Position numbers and translations under genes: made by a program. Below, in pieces: positions 52,969 through 64,000 of a stretch of DNA of 64,000 nt (positions are counted from its first letter, which is position 1; each line of letters begins with the position of its first letter). The notes under the pieces were generated by a model that saw only the letters and a program-made list of their open reading frames with translations, searched no databases and was not told where the DNA came from. This stretch comes from Camelus ferus (lineage: Eukaryota): contig NC_045698.1 in NCBI RefSeq assembly GCF_009834535.1, positions 3,288,001-3,352,000 on the forward strand, read 5' to 3'.

Positions 52969-53619
52969 GAGGAGTGAAGACTTCAGTCGCTGGTAGTTTT
53001 TCCTGGCGCTGTAAGTACAGAGAAGCCCTCTTCAGGGAGTGCAGGCGTGACTGTCCCCTGAGAGCTGGCACTAGGATCAGCCTCTGCCCAAATCTCAGGG
53101 AGACACACCCTGTCGCTCTTGTGGCCAAAGTCTGAAGCAGGGTCTGTGACGAGACCATTGGCAGCAGGGGCCCGGGCCTGACCCGACGGCGACCCTTCTC
53201 CTCGGAGCAACGAGGTCTGTTTCCTCCTATTGAAAGTTTTGGTTTGAAGCCTTTAAAATATTTTGTTGATGTCACCGCTTTCATAGCGTATTTCGATAAA
53301 TTCTTGAATTTAATATTTGATTAATCTAGCAAATCATGGCAATTTCTAGCAATAAAAAGTAACCATCACAGGCTTTTTAGTGCAGCTCCGGGCACTTTCT
53401 GCCAAAATCAAGATGACAGTGACCTCCTTCTCTGTGATGCACACTTGGAATTTGCTCAGCGCTGGCAGCCACTTTGTGAGGAGGAGCAGGAGGGCGCGGG
53501 GTGGTTGTCGTGATGAGATCCCCACAGGGTCTCGAACCCCTGGCTCGTGCACAGCATGGCGCGGCCCAGGAGCCCGAGCGTGCAGAAGTGAGGGGCTGGG
53601 CCATGTGCCGCTGTCCTTC

Positions 53620-54150
53620 AGACAGAAAGGGCGAGTCTGCTACAGAGCTGGCTGCGGCCGACCAAATGCCTGCACCCCTTCTAGTGCAGGGGCCTGACGT
53701 TAAGCTTTTAAGTGCTGACGCATCCTTTTCAAAGACCGCCATCTCGAATAAACATATTTCCAGCCACATTATGTCGCTGCCAGCAGAACGGCCAGATAAA
53801 GGTCAACCCTTTCCACCCATGAGGCACCCCCTTTCAGAAAGCCCTGTTCAGCCTACACAACCGGCCATCTGAGCGACCCCTCTTCTCCTTCCCCACACCC
53901 TAATTCCTGCTCTTATTTTTTTTAATTCACTCATAAACAGTGAACTCACAAAACCCTAAGCACCCCACCCTTGACCCCAACAGAGGCAGAGCCCAAGGCT
54001 GGCAATATATCTCTCTGCCTGTCTGTCTCTCTGCCTCTCCCTCCCTGTGACCTCGATGCAGGGCCCTGGGTGTGCCCTGCACCCTCCAGGACCGCGAGCA
54101 ATAAATCTCGTTTCTCATGGCTCCCTGATGGTTTTTGCTGAAGTGTATGC
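53620..54150 (+). mobile_element. ERV-type LTR, boundaries approximate
   Basis: cccacccttgaccccaacagaggcag..., CT-rich R-like region, AATAAA at 54100-54105 followed by GT-rich ggtttttgctgaag. Confidence 0.55.
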
Positions 54151-54395
54151 TGGAGACAGGACCTCTGGGACGTGCCTGGGGTCAGATGTGGTCATGAGGG
54201 CCAGGCCCAGCAGGAGTCTCGTCCTCTGTCTCTCCACGCTGTGCACTGAGAAAGACCACACGAGGACACAGCGAGAAGCCAGGACCGCGCCTCACCCTGA
54301 CCGCGGGCTCCCGGCGGCAGAACCCGGGGAAAGGGCGCGTCTGCCGTGCGGGCTGCCGCGTCTGCGCCGCTCTGCGCCGGCAGCGAGCGGGTTAC
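54150..54395 (+). mobile_element. MaLR LTR (MLT1A/B-like) with GC-enriched 3' end
   Basis: gatgtggtcatgaggg...actgagaaagaccacacgaggacacagcgagaag...cctcacc, then a GC-converted terminal segment. Confidence 0.7.
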
Positions 54396-54593
54396 CGCAG
54401 CCGCTGACAGGGCTGCCCCCGTTGCTCGTTTCTGCTGAGTCTGCAAAACGGAAACGCGCACTACTTGTAGCCACAGGGACCTTGCTCTTATCCATTCAGG
54501 TATTACGAAGTGTCACCCCCAGCACCGCTAGACACAGACCTGAAGGGGGTGCGCCAGTGGTGGCGTTCTTGACAGACGTGAGGGCCCCGCCAG

Positions 54594-54608
54594 CCTCCAG
54601 GTGGCGCT
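54594..54608 (+). promoter_or_regulatory. Candidate CTCF motif
   Basis: CCTCCAGGTGGCGCT, one mismatch from the CCACCAGGTGGCGCT core. Confidence 0.45.
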
Positions 54609-57600
54609 GTGCTTTACAAACGCGGAGACAGAAGTGAGCGCTCTGAGCAGGAGAAGTTGTCAAGTTCGAATTTTACTCTAAAAAGTTGATCTACATCTTC
54701 TAGTGTTTAGTGATTTTTTTTAATGTATAAATCAAGAAGAATTCATGAGCTTCTAAAAGAGCTTTGGCTGATATGGTGAAATGATCCAGAATTCTAGTTG
54801 ATCCCAGAAATCTCGGGTCTGTTTTACTATTTCTAGGGCATAATCTGCAACAGTTTTCAGAAATAGAGCTCTTCTCCCAAAGAGCTCGGTGGCCTTCCCC
54901 AAACCAAAAATCGTTAACTAAACACGAAGGACTTCTAAATAATGCAATGGCTGAAATCAATGGTTGTATGTATTTCTCAAATTTCTACAAACCCCTGCTT
55001 TAATCAGAATGTAGATCTACGCTTTGGATCTGTGCTTAAGAGCCATTATAGTCTCCTTTGAAGCTCGTTATTAAGTCGACAAGCTTCCCCTTCACTTTGT
55101 CATTTTTAATCACAATTCTGGCCAACAGAAGAGTTAGACCATTTGGACTCCACCGCTCTTTTCATTAAATTCAGTGCAAAATTGCATCATTTTCTAAAAT
55201 GTTGTCAGAGTAACACAGTTTTCCTCAATGTGAACAAATATGACTTTTTAAAAGGAAAATAATTTCACGTGTATCTTTTAGTAAAACAGTTTGGGAAACA
55301 CTGAGTTAAGATCTCCCTCCACTTCTTTTCAAGTTCTGAATTTCTGGAACCCACTAGTGATGCCCCTTGTGCACCTGCAAGACGTAAGGTGCTCGGCGTT
55401 TCCCAGACCTCCTCTGGGCCGTGGGCTGGGACGCTGGCTGTGATCAGAGGCTGCAGGCGGCCTCTTCTTGGCTTTGCGTGTCAGTATCAACAGAAGCGTG
55501 GGGCACTCACCCACATGTCAAAATTCCCTGAGAGGGAAGGGTTTAAAACGCTGCCTCAACTGATAAATAGGAGTGGATGAAAAAAGTCAAGGGTCCTTTG
55601 GTTTAGCAATAAAAGTAAATATACTGGGAATAAGCAAAGATATGCATTTTGATTTAACAAAGAAAGTGTACATTGAATTTCATGCCTGAGTAATGGAGAA
55701 AAAACATCCTAATAATCTGTGGCAATGATCCATTAGGCTTAATTAGGCAGAAATACTTGTCGACTTGGAAACTGGATGATTCAGAAGACACAGAGCCAAT
55801 AAATCATGTTAATTGTCACATGGGGGTGACTGACAACCGCAGTTCTGGTCCCAAGTAAAAGGACTGCTAGGTAAATTTTTTATATCCTGATAGTATTAAT
55901 CAAAATGCATTTTTACATTTCAAAATTCAGAAAACAAGGAAAAAAGGCTCATACCTCCGTGCAGTGTCCCTGGGGGTGTCTGGGAAACTCTTCCCTGTCG
56001 TTGCTCTCTGCTTTATAGTGTACACACACCATTAATTTTATTACTTACTTAAGGGGCTTTGTAACGCTTTCTAAAATTAAAATAAGGACTTTGTTTTCAG
56101 ACTGTGCTGTTCATCTTGCTCATTACCACTAATGGACTTATAAAACAAATGCATTCCTAATGCCCATGCTTGGCCATCTGATTGCAACATGATCATTGAA
56201 AACATACTCTTGTGAGTGCCTTTTCTGTTTCCAGGTTATGGTACACACCCTGCCTATATGTTGTGACCTCAGAACCTGCACAGACCAACAGCCGTCCCAA
56301 TGTGCAGGCGCTGAGGACAGACACAAGCGTAAGGAAAGAAAGCCTTCCATCCCACTCTTTAGTTGTGGTTCCTCTTATGTGTTGAACATGACTTTATCCC
56401 AACAGATGCAGATGGCGTTGTGGGCAGGAAACAGGGTTATTCCATTTGCGCCACAGGTATGAAGGGTGCTGCATGCTGCACACCAGTTCTGAGTGATGGA
56501 GCCCGTGACGTCAGCCCCACGTCAACACTCCCAATGGGGGATTCAATAGCTCCCACTCCCACCTTTCAGTGACACACTTTGACCCTTGCACGTTGTCTGC
56601 ACGTGCAAATAGCCATGTGCTCAGATCCAGGACTGCAAAAGCGAAGAACCATGCTGCTCTACTTTGGAAAGACATTCACAGAGTATGTCCAACTGCCACT
56701 AAATTCAGATGTCGTTTTGATTCAAAATCTTCTTCCTGTTAAAATGCCTCCCTTGATCTAAGCCTAAAGAAGAGAATGTAAAAAAGAAAAACAAAACTAA
56801 AAAAAAACAGGGCCATAAAAGTGTGGCCAGTCAAATCCTAAAAGACATCTCTCAGATGAAAAACAAAATAAAACAGTGACCAGAATTAAAAGTATCTCAG
56901 AAATGTATTTTTCTCTTAAAATCGAACTGACTTTAATCTTCTGGGAAAAAAAAAAAAAAACAGTGAGCACAGATGGCACTGACTCATGCGGTGACATGAA
57001 AATGTTCATGACTGTCGGGGGAGTGGGCTGTTCCTAGAGGAACGTCCTGCCCACTCAGATGCAGGCATTTGCTTTCAGATTTCAAAATGATTCCAAGAGT
57101 CATGTCTAATTGCCTGCTACTTTAGGAGTAAATCACTGATACACTGATAGCCCTGATGGATCCATTTTATCTGATTAATCAAGTTGCTTGCTGTGCCTCC
57201 AGTTGTTTGGATTCACAAGGGAGATCGGATTGCATGATGCACAACTTTTTTCATGCAGATTCCTCTAATTAGCAAACTTTAATGCAGTTTCTGGTCAAAA
57301 ATCACAAACGTATTTGGTTTAACAAATGCTTCTTTCACGCCAAACAAAGCCCTGGAGGTATGCTCTCCGAGGGGGGGACGGTTTCTTCCTCGGCATTACC
57401 TAATCTGATAAAGTGCAGCCAGATGAGTCGAAGTGAAAATCCAGATGCAGAAAAATACTTGAAAAGTTTCAGAGCACTTTATAAAATTCCTACCGGCCAC
57501 CCTGTCATGCCGTGTCGTGGTGGGTTTGCCGGTGATTTAACATAAGCCGGCGATGGGATCAATGAAATCAAAAGAGCTGGTGCAGCTGTAGCTCCAGCGT

Positions 57601-58324
57601 CCAAGGGTGAAGGCTATATTTGCTGAAAACACAGGGCATTTAAGGGCAGAATTCGCTCCGCAGCATATCCTGAAACACAGATCTAATCTAGCTGTGTGAA
57701 AAATGCATTACACAGGCGGGATCCTTTGGGAAACAGTTGGAAGGAGAAACCCAAGGAAGGCTCTGAACTGGCTCTCTGGGAAGCATATTAAAGACAGGAC
57801 ATTGGCAGGTGGAGAGGGAGACCCAGAGACGTGCACAGGCCAGTGGAGTCCCCATCTTCTCCAAGGGTTTGCGATTCATGGCCTTGAGCACCAGAAGTGA
57901 CCTCAGGGAATGTGGGTTCCCAAAGGAAACAAATCAGAGAATTATTTCTATCCTTGTCCAGGGTACAGAGAGGTATCTTCTCCAGACAAAGGATATTTCC
58001 ATGGGAGTGCGAGGCAAGGAAAGGCTGCATGAACTATAGTGACTTAAACCATGGGCATTGGACACAAGAGTGAGTGCACCCTGAGTCCTCCTATGTCAGC
58101 GAGAGAAGAAGGCCTCTGGGACGGAAGCAGGTTTGGAGGCTGCTACGCGCTGTCGGTGTCTCCGTGCAGCCTACAGACCTCATAGCTGATTATGCGGGAA
58201 CACCGTCGTCTTCTGTTAGCCAGACTTGTTCCTGTAACTCTGTGGTAGTACATCCAAATACATCTGAAGACATACACCTGACACGGCTGAAAAAGGAGAA
58301 GAAAGAAACTCCATCAGGGAAGGC

Positions 58325-58901
58325 TGCCAAAACAAAAACCGCACTGGACTAGGTTAAACAGGCGAAGAAGATTTCATTCAAGGCCTTTGCAACAGGGGAG
58401 AGAGACCGGAACTCAGTCTGACCTCAACTCTGATAAAACAAAGAGGTCGGGGTTTAGTCTCTTGGAGGGCGCTAGTGGGGAGGCACTGGAAGGTGTTAGG
58501 AGAGAGGGCGACCACTGGGGTGTGTCCAGCACATTGAGTTATTCCTGCATCTGCAAATGTTTCTGTCTGTGATTAGACCATTTGCACTTGCTAATTGTCA
58601 CCCATCAAAGCAAGGCTCCCATCCTCCAGCAGAGACCTGGGGAACAGGGGTGCTGTCTTCCTTGATGATCATATTTCAAAGGCATGGTTTCCAGGTTCTT
58701 GAAAAAGATGCTGCTACACTGTGAAAGCTGCAACAGTCTTTTTAAAAGAGTACATATGTATTAAAGGTACATAAATGAATTTAAAATGACAAGTTTTCTA
58801 AAGAAAATGCTCAAAGAAAAGGGAGGTGGGGGCCAAGAGTCAGGAATAAGTCTGTCTAAAGTTCAGTCCATCTGAGGGGGCTATTAAGAGCATCTTGGAC
58901 A
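58325..58901 (-). mobile_element. ERV1 solo LTR (MER67/MER90-like)
   Basis: TG..CA termini. aagttttctaaagaaaatgctcaaagaaaagggagg...gagtcaggaataagtctgtctaaagttcagtc...catcttggaca. 4-bp TSD aggc / agtc (3 of 4 match). Confidence 0.82.
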
Positions 58902-60189
58902 AGTCCATGAACTGGATGTTTGAGAAATTCTTCAAAACTGCATCAAAGAAAAAGCTATCTTAAAAATACTTTTTTTAAGTGAGAAAACAAAAACATAATC
59001 GCAGTGAACAAATGACAGGATCCAAGGCACCACAGATTGGCACCTCCTGGATGCGTCCTCGTCAGAGTCCAGCTCAGCGCACGTGGTCACCAGCCGACTG
59101 TGGCTGAGCTCCTGCGGGTCAGGCTTGTTCTGTTTCCCACCGTCAATATTATGGAGCGGGCCGCCGCCGTTCATTTCAAGAGCTAAACCTGAAATGCATC
59201 GAGGGCCTCTCTGCTGCACCAGGTCAGGTCTCCACGTACATCCAAGTAGGGTTTAGATTCAACGGGTACCTCTCAGGCCTGCACAGATCCTTAGACGTGG
59301 CCGGTGCTCTACAGTAAGGACGCCTTCAGTGGTGGCAACCGTGGCTTACCGAGCAGCTCCAGGGGCCTTCAGCCACGACCTCGTGCAGGGTAGATTCTGT
59401 AGAGTCAGTTCCACTAAGTGATGCCTCCAGTCTCGCTTAGGGTCTGGAGACCCCAGCATGCACCCTCCCTCTGAGTGGGGGACCTGGCCAAGAGCAGCGA
59501 CCTGTCCACAAGGGAGGGTTTTCCAAACAGTGCTCGGCCTGAAGACAGCCAGGCGGAGGTGCCTAGTAGCTAACGACAAGTGCAGAGACTGGAAGAACAT
59601 CTGAATACGGGTTGAAAAATTAATAAAAACGAGTTAAAGGAGATCAGAGTGGAAGCGGCAGTTCAAGAAACACAGGTCAGCTTTTCCAGGGAGAAGCTGA
59701 GAACTGAGGATAGAGTTGAGGGCAGGGACTGAAATGCCACCAAGATTTGGGAGCTGGGCTGAATAAGGGGGCTCTCCAAGGAGGAGACAACAGAGAAGCA
59801 GCAAGAACCCGGAGAGAAGAGCACACGCAAACAAGACAGAAACGACATATGGAAGGTGCTTCGCTGTGGCCTGGGCCACAGTGTCCAGTTTGTGCGGCCG
59901 CCAGCAAAGACGGGATGGATCCAGTGGGTGGCTTCCTGGTTACTCACTGGGGCCTCACTGACAAGAGCTCAGTAGTGTGGGCTACACGACAGACTTCCTC
60001 AGCTAGGGGTGCATTAAATCAAGGGCAAGGAGGCAGGACAACAAACGTGGGCCTGTTTTTCTAGACACACAACCACAAAACGTAAGAGGGATTTCACATA
60101 GTGTCTGAAACAGGACTAAGACCAAGAGAGGGTTTTTTGGGGTTTTTCTTTTTTGTAAGTTAGTTGTTTATAATGTGGATGTGAGTGTG

Positions 60190-60790
60190 TTTCTGTGGGG
60201 AAGAAAGCAGTGGAGGAGGACTCATGGAAGGAGAAAGAGGAGCAGATGACGGGCCGGGGAAGGATTCTGTAGGGCAGCCTCTGAGCGAGAGTGGGGGGAA
60301 GGCAGTGGGGGGAGCACAGAGAGCATCCGCCCCAGGAAGGGGACAGGGGCTCCAGGGGCTTCCATCCTGGATGCTCTGTGCTCTCCGTGTGGTCAGATGG
60401 AAGGTCGCATCTGAGGGTCAGCAGGGGGAGACATCGGGAGTGATTGCTAGGGGAAGGGGAGAAGGAGCTGACGATGGAAACACGTTGAGAAAGGCAGTGA
60501 CTGGCATTGAGGGTGTAACAGACTAGATACAGAAACACACGCCAGCCCCAAGAGCACAGCTGTGTGCAGTTTCTCCAGCAACACTCACTACCCTGGTGTC
60601 CGTGTGTGGAGAAGCCAGATGGTCAGAAACAAAGTTGTTTTCACAGCAGGTGTGAGGGAAGGACCACAAGGTAGGGCAGCTGAGGGTTACCACCAGGGGG
60701 CAAGTTGAACTTGTGTGTCACGAGGTCTCCGCTGGAGCACGAGGAATGGCCAGGACACACTGGGAAATTGCGGTGTTAGCATCAGCAGAG
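60190..60790 (-). mobile_element. Possible L2 relics
   Basis: Purine-rich blocks with L2-like phrases; weak similarity. Confidence 0.3.
60690..60702 (+). promoter_or_regulatory. Candidate CTCF motif
   Basis: CCACCAGGGGGCA, matches the core consensus. Confidence 0.45.
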
Positions 60791-62139
60791 AGGCAGTTGT
60801 CACCTGTCCCCACTTCCTCTAGCGGGCATGTCCCAGTACCAGGAGAACACGTCTAGCCCCCTCTGGCCGCCTCTCACGCAGCCTCTTTCCCAGTGAGGGG
60901 ACAGTGAGCTGACTTGAGTCTGGGGTGACGGCTCACTGCGATGGAGCTGGACTTGGACTTGTTTTGCCTGCAGGGCCCTCTCCTGGATGTGCCGATCCTC
61001 AGAGAAGCCCTTCTCCTCTCTGCTCCCTCGTCCAAGAGGCCAGCTGGGCAGTGGGACTTCCAGCTACACCCAGCATTCCTCCGTGAGAAGCCAGCTTGGC
61101 GCCCTGGGGAAGGTGGGTTCGGAGTGGAAGACTCGGACCTCAGGCCCAGACTCCCTTCTCCAATAAGTCTGAACAGCTTGCTGCTTTAATCTTCCTCCTC
61201 ATCGATCAGTGTTTTGCACGCTACTCCGTTGCTCACAGTTCTGAAGGGCAGGAAGATAAGGTAGATGTTGGTGCCAAGGCCGCTAGCGCTTCCCAGCTGA
61301 CTGATGCTCAGGGCTTCCTGGTCCAGTAGAACTGCAGTGGGACGTGTAATCCTGGCTCTGAAAAGAACCCCCTGGGGGACTTTGCTGGCCAGCTCTATTC
61401 AGACCACTGATGTGGTGAGGAAGATAATTCTAGAAGACAAGTGGCCTTTCCTGCTCACACACAACCAAGCCCAATCCAATAGCTCAAACTTAAGAATATA
61501 GAAAATCAGAGGAAGATATTTGTGGGTTCCCCCTGGGCCCGCAAACATTGCAGGAACCCCCTGCCGTCCCGGTAGGAGAGCCCACAGCCACGTCAGGACC
61601 AAATCAGTTCTTTAACAAACAGTGCCTTCCTGGAAAATGCAAACATTGACTAAAGCACCTACTCAGACCTGAAAGATAGAAAGATGTGCTCTTTTGACTT
61701 TTAAGAATCAATTTTTAAAACCACCTACATTTAATCAATTTGCGTTTCGTTCCTGTTCTGACTCCACACAGGCGGGTCGCTGTCTGAAATGGTAGATGCA
61801 GCCCAGGGCCCCAGGCTAGGATTATTCAAAATGTGTTAGTTCCAATCCAGCTCGTTCGTCTGCCCTTGATGATGAAAGCTGTGTGAGGAAGGAGGCCGGA
61901 CTCATGTGATGGGTCCAGTCCTAGAGGGGGAAACCCTGAGGATGGTCACAATCGCCTTTCAGCAGCTCTGAGCCCACCGTGAAGCCTCTGTGCCTGGAAC
62001 ATGTAATGAGATTACACAGCATCAAACCTAGCGTCAAACTGGAGGCCACTCAGAGGGAGGCATATTCCCTCGCTGTCTACCGCGGAGTGACCCCAGGGTC
62101 CAGCCCCCATCACAGCCTCCCAGTCCCCAGTGCTGAGGG

Positions 62140-62558
62140 TGGGTTTTTTTGTTGTATTTGGATATCTAATTATTTCAGTAACTTTTGTTAAAAATATCTC
62201 TTTTAATTTGAATTATTTGATATTTTGTTGAAAATCAGTCTGTCATTTATGTAATATCCATCACCAAAAGAGTCTTTTTGGACTTTGTTATGTTCCAATT
62301 CTTATATTTCTATCCTGATACCAGGAAGGCAGTCTTGGGAACAATGACTTCATAGTAAGTTTTGAAATCAGATAGAGCAGATCCTCCAAATCCGTTTGTT
62401 TGTGTGCTTGTTTTTGTAATTACTTTAGCTATTCTAAGCCATTTCCAGGTGCATATATATTTTAGAATTAGATTGTGAATTTATACCAAACAAAGTCTTC
62501 TCTCTTTTTGTTGGGATTTAATTGAATCTGTAGGTAATATGGGAAGAATTTACTTTTT
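62140..62558 (-). mobile_element. Ancient L1M ORF2 relic
   Basis: ttttgttgaaaatcagt...cttcatagtaagttttgaaatcagatag...aattgaatctgtaggtaatatgggaagaatt. Confidence 0.8.
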
Positions 62559-62845
62559 AAAAAATTAATTAATTTTGGGGGGGTAAACAAAGTTTATTCT
62601 AGGAAGAGCAACTCATTGAGAGATAAAACCATTTTAAAATTTACGTATATGTACTGTTCATTGTTTCTAAGAACAGTTTAGAGCTTTAGCTTTTTAAATA
62701 TAAGTACTCATCAAAGGAATAAAGCCAACTACAAAATAAGAATCAACAGAATGCAGTAATCCAATCATAAAGGACAGTCACATGTGCTTACACATATTTA
62801 AGAAATCAATCATCTAAGTTATAAATAGTAATATAATAAATAGTC

Positions 62846-63202
62846 TTTTTTTTTTAATTCCACATATAAGGGATATCATACAGCATTTTTCTTTCTCTTT
62901 CTGGCTTACTTTACTTAGAATGACAATCTCTAGGCCCATCCATGTTGCTGCAAATGGCATTATTTTATTCTTTTTTATGGCTGAATAGTATTCCACTGTG
63001 TGTGTGTGTGTGTGTGCGCGTGCGTGTGTGTGTGTGTGCGTGCGTGCATGCACGCACGTGTGTGTGTGTGTATTCCACATCTTCTTTATCCAGTCATCTG
63101 TTGATGGACATTTAGGCTGTTTCCATGTCTTGGTTATTGTAAATAGTGCTGCTATGAACATTGGGGTGAATGTGTCTTTTTGAATTGTATTTTCCTCTGG
63201 GT
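62846..63202 (-). mobile_element. Younger L1, ORF2 C-terminus / start of 3' UTR (non-inverted part)
   Basis: Minus-strand peptide TPMFIAALFTITKTWKQPKCPSTDDWIKKMW...EYYSAIKKNKIMPFAATWMGLE...MISLICG; ends in T11. Confidence 0.96.
62997..63071 (+). repeat. (TG)n/(TGCG)n microsatellite inside L1
   Basis: tgtgtgtgtg...gcgcgtgcgtgtgtg. Confidence 0.95.
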
Positions 63203-63225
63203 CATTGTGAGATTGTACGGTAAGT

Positions 63226-64000
63226 CTACAAAGCCACACTAATCAAAACAGTATGGTACTGGCACAGAAACAGACACATAGATCAATGGAAAAGGACAGA
63301 AAGTCCAGAAATAAATCCACACACTTATGGTCAATTAATCTAAGACAAAGGAGGCAAGAATATACAATGAAGAAAAGACAATCTCTTCAATAAGTGGTAC
63401 TGGGAAAACTGGACAGCTACCTGTAAAAGACTAAAATTAGAACATTCTCTAACACCATATACATAAATAAATTCAAAATGGATTAAAGATTTAAATGTAA
63501 GACCAGATAGTATAAAACTCTTAGAGGAAAACATAGACAGAACACTCTTGGACATAAATCACAGCAGTACATTTTTTGAACCAGCTCCTGGAGTAATGCA
63601 AATAAAAGCAAACTAAACAAATGGGATCTAATTAAACTTAAAAGCTTCTGCACAGCTAGAGATGCCATCAACAAAATGAAAACAAAGCAACCTACAGGAT
63701 GGGAGAAAATATTTGAAAATGATGTGACAGACAAGGGACTAATTTTCAAAATATACAAACAGCTCATACACCTTCATATCAAAAAACAAGCAACCCAATC
63801 AAAAAATGGGCAGAAGACCCTAATAGACATCTCTCCAAAGAAGACAGGCATATGGCCAACAAGCACATGAAGAGATGGTCATTATCACTAATTGTTAGAG
63901 AAATGTAAATTAAAACTATAATGAGATGTCATCTCACCCCCGCCAGAATGGCCATCATTTAAAAGTCTACAAATGACAAATGCTGGAGAGGGTGTGAGGA
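63226..64000 (+). mobile_element. Younger L1 ORF2 segment (inverted part), runs off the window
   Basis: ctacaaagccacactaatcaaaacagtatggtactggcac...; peptide [27 protein letters not shown]. Confidence 0.96.

Noticed and set aside
54047..54637. 196-aa ORF
   Set aside because: Runs across an LTR, an MLT1 element and a GC patch; open only because stop codons are scarce.
1..64000. CRISPR arrays, operons, rRNA or other prokaryotic systems
   Set aside because: The sequence is mammalian; no regularly spaced repeats with spacers or gene-dense architecture were seen.

Overview
This is mammalian nuclear DNA, most likely camelid (camel/alpaca/llama). The assignment rests on two tRNA-derived SINEs of Vic-1-like structure and on cetartiodactyl-type L1 3' ends; I saw no Alu or BovB. 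It is a moderately GC-rich intergenic or intronic region. I recognise no protein-coding gene: the ORF track is explained by chance ORFs, L1 remnants and microsatellites. Identifiable content is L1 copies of several ages, MaLR (MLT1) and ERV1-type solo LTRs, MER20/MER58 hAT elements, MIR/L2 relics, microsatellites, two CpG-island-like regions (about 36.6-37.5 kb and 41.5-42.2 kb) and several homeobox-motif-rich, enhancer-like AT blocks. The most notable observations are a 5'-inverted (twin-primed) L1 at the right edge that may carry a 3' transduction, an ancient MLT1 LTR whose 3' end looks rewritten AT->GC, PBX-HOX motif clusters, and an orphan CpG promoter with splice signals suggesting lncRNA(s). 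I found no convincing new biological system. Repeat family names come from recalled consensus sequences and need RepeatMasker/Dfam confirmation; boundaries without a TSD are approximate.
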